Origin: Cyanophyceae cyanobacterium
GTDB lineage: Bacteria > Cyanobacteriota > Cyanobacteriia > Cyanobacteriales > JBHJGN01
Assembly (NCBI GenBank): GCA_050331735.1
Contig: JBHJGN010000049.1
Location: 8,780 to 72,779 of the forward strand
Direction of reading: 5' to 3'
Length of the DNA stretch: 64,000 bases
Shown here: one piece after another, positions 58,153 through 64,000 of the stretch
Position numbering within the stretch: position 1 is the stretch's first letter
Layout of the letters: the number at the start of each line of letters is the position of its first letter
The notes under the pieces: model-generated
Seen by the model: only the letters and a program-made list of their open reading frames with translations
Databases searched by the model: none
Told to the model about the DNA's origin: nothing
Translations under genes and position numbers: made by a program

Positions 58153-61100
58153 TCAATCAAGGCAAGACCTCAGCCGTTGGGCTAGCACTTGAACATGAGG
58201 GGGAGTGAACATCGTCAGATGATCGCCGGGGACAATATGAAGCTCAACGGGGTCAGAAGCAAACCGACTCCAGCCCCAGGTCGGTTCTTCAGGAGTGGAG
58301 GCTCCACCAGCAGCGTTTTCGGTCGCCAGAAGCACAATTCGCGTGGGGATAATCTCCGGCGGTAGCTCATAGCTTGCTTGACAGTTCGCTCGGTAAACCT
58401 GTATCAAACCGCGAACCTGGGTCGTTCCAGCTTCAGGAGGCAGCAGGTTGATCCGCTGTAGTTGCTTGGCAAAGGTCTTTAACTGCTCCTCTGGCTGAAG
58501 AGGGAGAGTTTCCGCGGTAAGTCCGAGGCTCTTGCCCGCTAAGCGTTCAACCACCTCAGCAATTTGGGCCAGCCAGGTGGCATCATCCCAGTCCAGCCCA
58601 ATCGGCTGACGGGGTGCGGTTGGTGCTGGAGCATCAAAAATGACTAATTTGGCCACCGGATGTCCCTGCCTTTGTAACTGCTGAGCCATCTCAAAGGCCA
58701 CATGAGCGCCGAAAGAGTGGCCCCCCAACAGATAGGGCCCCTGGGGCTGGACTGACTGAATTGCTTGGGTGTAGGTGGCGGCAATCTCTTTAATATCGGT
58801 ATGGGGGTCGGTCTGTCCATCGAGTCCGAGGGCTTGCAGTCCGTAGAATGGCTGGTCTAGACCCAAAGAACGCGCTAAATCGGCAAGGTAAAGGACGTTT
58901 CCTCCAGCCCCCGGTATGCAGAAGAAAGGACGCTGAGAACCGCTCTCTTGAATCGGAACCAGAGGAGACCAGAATGAGGAAACAGACTGGCACAGACGAC
59001 GAGCTAACTGTTCAATCGTTGGGTTCTGAAAGAGGGTAGCTAGGGGGAGCTTTTTGGCAAAGTGCTGCTCGACTCGCGCCATCAGACGAATGGCTAACAA
59101 AGAATGTCCGCCCACATCAAAGAAACTGTCGTAGAGACCTACTTCTCGTCCTAAAACCTCTCTCCAGATGGTCGCTAGTGCCTCTTCAGTAGAAGTGCGG
59201 GGAATTCCCCCACTGCTGATTGTGGTCGGAGGAGCCGGCAGAGCATGTTTATCGACCTTTCCGTTGGGCGTTAAGGGCAGCGTCTCTAATAGCACGAAGG
59301 CAGAGGGAATCATATAGTCTGGCAACTTCTGGCGCAGGAACTCGCGCAACTGAGGCGTTAACTGAGACCATCGACGCTGTAGCGGATTGTTCGCGTAGGT
59401 CCGCCAGGGTTTGACGGGGTGCTCTAGCTTGAGCGGTAAAATTGGCTTCTTGGGCAGGGTGTTTTGAAAGAGGACGTCGTAAAAGCCCGTCCCGCGATCA
59501 CTGAACTCGCTAATATAGACCGTCCCAGGAACCTTCATACTCCACCAGTCTTCTGGGTCGATGCCGTCCTCTAACTCCCGGGCGGCCTGGAGTTCGCTCT
59601 TCGTCGCTCCCTTTTTCAGTAGCTTGACTAGTTTCAGCATCCCCGACAAACGAGCATTAGGAACGTTCCGAATGCCGAGCGGTCCTTCGCTCAGGAGTGG
59701 GCCAACCGTACATAACGAGAGCTGATCTTGCTGCCAGTCTAGCCATTGAGGCTCCACAGGGTCTGGGGTGGCTTCTAGGTAGAGCCACACATCGTAGCGA
59801 AACCGCGTCAGTTCGTTGTGATCGCGTCCCCGTTTTGGCTGAATATGAACGCGAGTGATTCTGGAAAAATGCTGCTGGAGAGCCACAAAGAAAGCGGGAG
59901 CGATCGCTAATTCTTCCTCCTGAGCTACCCGTTGCTGAACGCGCTGCCATAATTCCTCGCCAGAGAGCTCTGGCGCTTGCTCGACCGCCACCGAGGCGTG
60001 GTAGGCCTCTAGAAGCGGCAAGCTACGGACATCTCCCACAAAGATTATCCCTTCCGACTGCGCTGCCCGGACGCTGCTCTCTAAAACCCGCAGGAGATAG
60101 TCGATGCTGGGAAAATACTGCACGACCGAGTTCAAAATGACAGTATCAAAAGCGGCTTCCTTGATGCCCTCAAAATCATCTGCCACTCTTTGTAAGAGGG
60201 TGACGTGCTTCAATTGCGAGCGCGTTTCTTTAAGCTGCTGTACGTGTTGAATAGCTGTGGCTGAGTAGTCTGTTGCCCAGTATTGAGTACAGTAGGGAGC
60301 AATCCGAGAGAGCAGTAGACCCGTCCCACACCCAATCTCTAACACTCGCTGCGGCTGCTGAGCTAAAATTCGTTCTACGGTTCTATTGACCCAGGTGCGC
60401 ATTTCCGCTTCAGGAAGCGGTGCGTTGGTATAGCTACTGGTCCAGCCAATAATGTTGAAGGTGGGATCGGACGAGTGAGCTTGGCTATAGGTTTGTTCGT
60501 ACAGAGCTTGCCAATGAGAGAGATGTTCGCTTTGCCATTGGTCGGAGGAACTAAAGTGGGGCACTACATAGGCAACCAGTTGCTGATGCCCGAGCTCTTC
60601 GTCAATCGTCACTGCCACCTCTTGGACAGCAGCGTACTCCAGCAGAACCTTTTCGATTTCTCCGAGTTCGATGCGAAAGCCGCGCAGTTTGACCTGCTGA
60701 TCGAGCCGACCGAGATATTCAATGTTGCCATCCGGGAGGTAGCGAGCGAGATCGCCAGTCCGATAGAGGGTCAGGGGGAAAGGGGAAAGGGAAAGGGGGT
60801 TGGGGGTTTCGCTGTTGTCTATTGCTGTCCGGTTCCCGGTTGCCAACAAAGAGGGGGAAATAAACTTTTCAGCCGTTAACTCGGGGCGGTTGAGATAGCC
60901 CCGGGCTAAACCAGCACCACCGAGGTAGAGTTCTCCGGGGACGCCAATGGGGACGGGCTGAAGATGTTTATCTAAAATATGAACCTGAACGTTGGCGATG
61001 GGGCGACCGATAGAGGGCAATCGCCGCTCTTGGGGAGGAGAAACACGCCCAGACGTAGACACGACGGTATTTTCGGTGGGACCGTAGTTATTGATGACCG

Positions 61101-64000
61101 GGAAGGGAAGGGTCGGCGATGGGGACTGGTGCAGGCGATCGCCTCCGGTGAGCATGACGCGCAGAGCACCGTTTTCAGGCCATGCTAGCCCCAGTAATTC
61201 TTCTGCTAGAGGCGTAGGCAGAAACGTGATCGTAATTTTGTTGGAGACGAGCCAGCGCTGTAGCTTCAGCGGCGAACTGAAAAGGTCATCTTCTCCGAGG
61301 TAAAGCTGCGCTCCGCTGCACAGGGCGGACCAAATTTCCCACGCTGAAGCATCAAAGGCAGTGCGGGCTAGCTGAGTCGTGCGGTCTGATGAAGTGACGG
61401 CAAAGGCGCGTTGATGCCAGCAAACTAAATTACTCAGCCCTTGGTGAGTCACTAAAACTCCCTTGGGATTGCCAGTCGATCCTGAAGTATAGATGACGTA
61501 GGCTAAGTTTTCAGGAGTGATTGGGGGGTAAAGAGGGACTGTATTTATTTCTTCTCCACATCCTTCTTCCTGGCTATCCAAGCAAATTATTCTGGCCTGA
61601 TGCTGAGGAAGCTGAGGGATTAGGTGCTGTTGCGTGAGCAGGACAGACACCTGCGCGTCTTGGAGGAGGGAGGATAACCGCGCGGGAGGATCGGTCGGAT
61701 CTAGCGGCACATAAGCTCCCCCGGCTTTGAGAATGCCCAGCAGTCCGACGATCATGAAGAGCGATCGCTCAATACAAATACCCACTAACACTTCAGGTCC
61801 AACTCCGAGCCTTTGTAAGGAGGAAGCCAGTTGATTTGCCTGCTGATCTAACTCTCGGTAGCTCAGGTGTTGGTCGGTATAAACGACCGCTACCGCATCA
61901 GGAGTTCGCTCTACCTGAGCCTCAAACAATTCATGAATGCATTTTTGGGGATACTCAACCTCGGTATCATTCCAGGCGAGGAGCTGGTGTTGCTCAGCTT
62001 CTGTTAATAGAGGCAGCGAGAAAACCTGCTGGTCGGGGTGAGCAACAATCCCTTCTAGCAGCGTCTGGAAGTTTTGGGCGAGGCGAGAGATAGTTGAGGC
62101 ATCGAACAGGTCGGTGTTGTAGATCAAATAGCCCTTGAGTCCCTCGGGGAATTCCCACAGGTGGCACTCTAAATCAAACCGGACTGAGCGGGAATCGAAC
62201 TCCAATGGTTTTAGGGTAAGACCAGGGAGATGCCAAGACCCAACAGGTGCGTTCTGAAGAGCAAAAACCACCTGAACGAGAGGAGTGCGGTCTAGATCTC
62301 GTTCTGGCTGAATCTCTTCCACTAACCGCTCAAAGGGCAAATCTTGGTGAGCGTAAGCCTCCAAAGCGCAGGAGCGCACTTGATTCAGTAGCTCCAGAAA
62401 ACGCGGGTTATTCTGAAGATTGATTCGCAGAGCTAAAGTATTGACAAAAAAGCCAATTAGGGGTTCAAGCTCACGGCGGTTGCGGTTCGCAATGGGAGAG
62501 CCGATCGCCAGATCGTCCTGACTGCTGTAGCGAGCGAGTAAAATCGCGAAGGCGGCGAGCAGAGTCATGAACAACGTGGCTCCTGACTGCTGGCTCAGGG
62601 ATTTCAGCGCCTCGGTTAGCTCCCGGTCAAGCTGCAAAGGCCAGGTGCTGCCCTGGAAACTTTGCCGAGGGGGACGCGGACGGTCGGTAGGCAGCTCTAA
62701 AAGTAAGGGCGCTCCGGCTAGCTGTTGCGTCCAGTAGTGAAGCTGTTGGTCTAAAACTGCCCCCGTGAGCCATTGCCGCTGCCAGGCGGCAAAGTCGGCG
62801 TACTGAATGGGCAGCGGCGGTAAGGGAGAGGGTTTCCCCTGGCAGAAGGCTTCGTACAGAGCCGATAATTCGCGGACGAATAGGCCGATGGACCAGCCAT
62901 CGGAAATAATATGGTGAATGTTAACGAGCAGTACCCATGAGTTTTCGCCTAGCTGCAAGAGCACAACCCGCAGTAACGGACCTTGGGCCAACTCGAAGGG
63001 GTGCTGAGCTTCAGAGGTGGCTCGCTGCTCCACTTCCCGCATCGGTTCTGGAAAAGACCGCAAATCTACCACCGACAGCGAAAAGCTCTGGCTCGGGGCG
63101 ATCGCCTGGACCGGGACGCCATCAACGATTCTAAAGGTGGTACGCAGAACTTCGTGACGCTGGACAATTTCGGCGACCGCCTGCTCGAGAGCCAGAAGCT
63201 GGAGGTTGCCGCTGAGATGAATCGCGGCGGGCATGCTGTAGGCAGTGCTCTGAGCTTCGAGTTGAGCGAGAAACCACAGTCGCTGTTGGGCAAAGGAGAG
63301 GGGCAGCTCTGCGGCACGAGAAACTGGCTCAATCGGCGGGATTTCTACTCCTGGACCCACTCGCAGCGCTTCAATTGCCAAGCTAAGCTGCTCGATGGTC
63401 GGGGCGGCAAAGAGGTCACGAAGAGGCAGTTCCACCGAGAAAGTTTGGCGGACTCTGGAGATGAGTTGAGTAGCCAGCAGGGAATGTCCTCCCATCGCAA
63501 AAAAGTTGTCGTGAACGCCTACCGATGCGGTTCCCAACACTTCTGCCCAAATGGCTGCCAGAATTTCTTCCGTTGGGGTCCGGGGAGCGACAGGTTCTCC
63601 CTCCAAGGCTTTTGAATCGGGGGCTGGTAAAGCACGGCGGTCGATCTTACCGTTGGGAGTCAAGGGCAGTGCTTCTAAGAGAACAAAGGCAGAGGGAATC
63701 ATATACTCTGGCAGTTTCTCTTGCAGGTCAGTCCGTACCGTCTCGAGCGTTAAAGACTGTGACTGCGGAACCAGATAAGCCACTAGGCGCTTATGACCAA
63801 AAGGATCTTCATGGGCGACCACAACGGCTTCTCGCACTTCACCATGCTGGTTCAGCACCGCTTCAATTTCGCCCGGTTCAATGCGGAAGCCGCGAAGCTT
63901 GAGCTGCTGGTCGAGGCGACCGAGATATTCGATGTTGCCATCCGGGAGATAGCGAGCGCGGTCTCCAGTCCGATACAGGGGAACGGGGAACGGGGAACGG
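58153..64000 (-). CDS. Non-ribosomal peptide synthetase, 3' part: (A)-T-C-A[N-MT]-T-TE; begins outside the window
   Basis: Frame stays open past 63858 (LYRTGDRARYLPDGNIEYLGRLDQQLKLRGFRIEPGEIE). T domains GGHSL twice; C HHIISDGWS; A YTSGSTG, YGPTE; MT LEIGCGTG and NSVVQYFP; TE GHSFG. Confidence 0.95.
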   Translation of the reverse strand, partial: RSPFPVPLYRTGDRARYLPDGNIEYLGRLDQQLKLRGFRIEPGEIEAVLNQHGEVREAVVVAHEDPFGHKRLVAYLVPQSQSLTLETVRTDLQEKLPEYMIPSAFVLLEALPLTPNGKIDRRALPAPDSKALEGEPVAPRTPTEEILAAIWAEVLGTASVGVHDNFFAMGGHSLLATQLISRVRQTFSVELPLRDLFAAPTIEQLSLAIEALRVGPGVEIPPIEPVSRAAELPLSFAQQRLWFLAQLEAQSTAYSMPAAIHLSGNLQLLALEQAVAEIVQRHEVLRTTFRIVDGVPVQAIAPSQSFSLSVVDLRSFPEPMREVEQRATSEAQHPFELAQGPLLRVVLLQLGENSWVLLVNIHHIISDGWSIGLFVRELSALYEAFCQGKPSPLPPLPIQYADFAAWQRQWLTGAVLDQQLHYWTQQLAGAPLLLELPTDRPRPPRQSFQGSTWPLQLDRELTEALKSLSQQSGATLFMTLLAAFAILLARYSSQDDLAIGSPIANRNRRELEPLIGFFVNTLALRINLQNNPRFLELLNQVRSCALEAYAHQDLPFERLVEEIQPERDLDRTPLVQVVFALQNAPVGSWHLPGLTLKPLEFDSRSVRFDLECHLWEFPEGLKGYLIYNTDLFDASTISRLAQNFQTLLEGIVAHPDQQVFSLPLLTEAEQHQLLAWNDTEVEYPQKCIHELFEAQVERTPDAVAVVYTDQHLSYRELDQQANQLASSLQRLGVGPEVLVGICIERSLFMIVGLLGILKAGGAYVPLDPTDPPARLSSLLQDAQVSVLLTQQHLIPQLPQHQARIICLDSQEEGCGEEINTVPLYPPITPENLAYVIYTSGSTGNPKGVLVTHQGLSNLVCWHQRAFAVTSSDRTTQLARTAFDASAWEIWSALCSGAQLYLGEDDLFSSPLKLQRWLVSNKITITFLPTPLAEELLGLAWPENGALRVMLTGGDRLHQSPSPTLPFPVINNYGPTENTVVSTSGRVSPPQERRLPSIGRPIANVQVHILDKHLQPVPIGVPGELYLGGAGLARGYLNRPELTAEKFISPSLLATGNRTAIDNSETPNPLSLSPFPLTLYRTGDLARYLPDGNIEYLGRLDQQVKLRGFRIELGEIEKVLLEYAAVQEVAVTIDEELGHQQLVAYVVPHFSSSDQWQSEHLSHWQALYEQTYSQAHSSDPTFNIIGWTSSYTNAPLPEAEMRTWVNRTVERILAQQPQRVLEIGCGTGLLLSRIAPYCTQYWATDYSATAIQHVQQLKETRSQLKHVTLLQRVADDFEGIKEAAFDTVILNSVVQYFPSIDYLLRVLESSVRAAQSEGIIFVGDVRSLPLLEAYHASVAVEQAPELSGEELWQRVQQRVAQEEELAIAPAFFVALQQHFSRITRVHIQPKRGRDHNELTRFRYDVWLYLEATPDPVEPQWLDWQQDQLSLCTVGPLLSEGPLGIRNVPNARLSGMLKLVKLLKKGATKSELQAARELEDGIDPEDWWSMKVPGTVYISEFSDRGTGFYDVLFQNTLPKKPILPLKLEHPVKPWRTYANNPLQRRWSQLTPQLREFLRQKLPDYMIPSAFVLLETLPLTPNGKVDKHALPAPPTTISSGGIPRTSTEEALATIWREVLGREVGLYDSFFDVGGHSLLAIRLMARVEQHFAKKLPLATLFQNPTIEQLARRLCQSVSSFWSPLVPIQESGSQRPFFCIPGAGGNVLYLADLARSLGLDQPFYGLQALGLDGQTDPHTDIKEIAATYTQAIQSVQPQGPYLLGGHSFGAHVAFEMAQQLQRQGHPVAKLVIFDAPAPTAPRQPIGLDWDDATWLAQIAEVVERLAGKSLGLTAETLPLQPEEQLKTFAKQLQRINLLPPEAGTTQVRGLIQVYRANCQASYELPPEIIPTRIVLLATENAAGGASTPEEPTWGWSRFASDPVELHIVPGDHLTMFTPPHVQVLAQRLRSCLD
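63978..64000 (+). repeat. (GGGGAAC)n heptamer tandem repeat inside the NRPS coding sequence
   Basis: Three full units plus a partial unit at the window edge, immediately before the LYRTGD codons on the coding strand. Confidence 0.8.

Larger units (their letters stand above)
3508..63105. repeat. HIP1 octamer GCGATCGC, dispersed throughout
   Basis: Examples at 3508, 9420, 26823, 35007, 42746, 59900 and 63098; many more seen but not counted. Confidence 0.9.

Noticed and set aside
1..64000. tRNA, rRNA, transposase, integrase or prophage genes
   Set aside because: None recognised by eye in the intergenic regions or the ORF track.

Overview
Cyanobacterial chromosome segment. Evidence: abundant HIP1 GCGATCGC octamers, heptameric STRR-type repeats, and cyanobacterial-type porin, SphS/SphR, HpsJ and DUF3038/DUF4335 genes. 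Most of the window is housekeeping: hemJ, pyrF-pyrE fusion, cysE, phoU-sphS-sphR, rpmF (missed by the ORF track), rnj, asd, tig-clpP-clpX, murG, futC-like ATPase, nadA with tandem NrtR-type boxes, pgl, a probable 6S RNA, nusB, ftsY and argH. The main find is a ~16.5 kb locus between murG and the futC-like gene (26568-43032). It encodes a fatty acyl-AMP ligase, an ACP, a CylC-type dimetal halogenase, a single-module PKS (KS-AT-KR-ACP-reductase), an HglT-like GT4 glycosyltransferase and a SAM methyltransferase. It also has a LuxR-type regulator, an unknown gene, and a CylK/BrtB-like alkylating beta-propeller carrying a PEP-CTERM surface anchor. I infer a chlorinated alkyl-1,3-diol glycolipid whose C-Cl bond is used by a surface-tethered enzyme for alkylation or cross-linking; I do not recognise this gene combination as a characterised pathway. 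Other points of interest: an ExbB/MotA-like gene with a long tail plus two paralogous ExbD-like partners (one lacking the canonical Asp), dapA absent from its usual asd-rnj position, a small hairpin-flanked dispersed repeat, and the 3' end of an NRPS ending in a predicted N-methyl-Leu module with heptamer repeats in the same A-domain loop twice. Family assignments come from motifs read by eye and remembered reference sequences; no searches were run.
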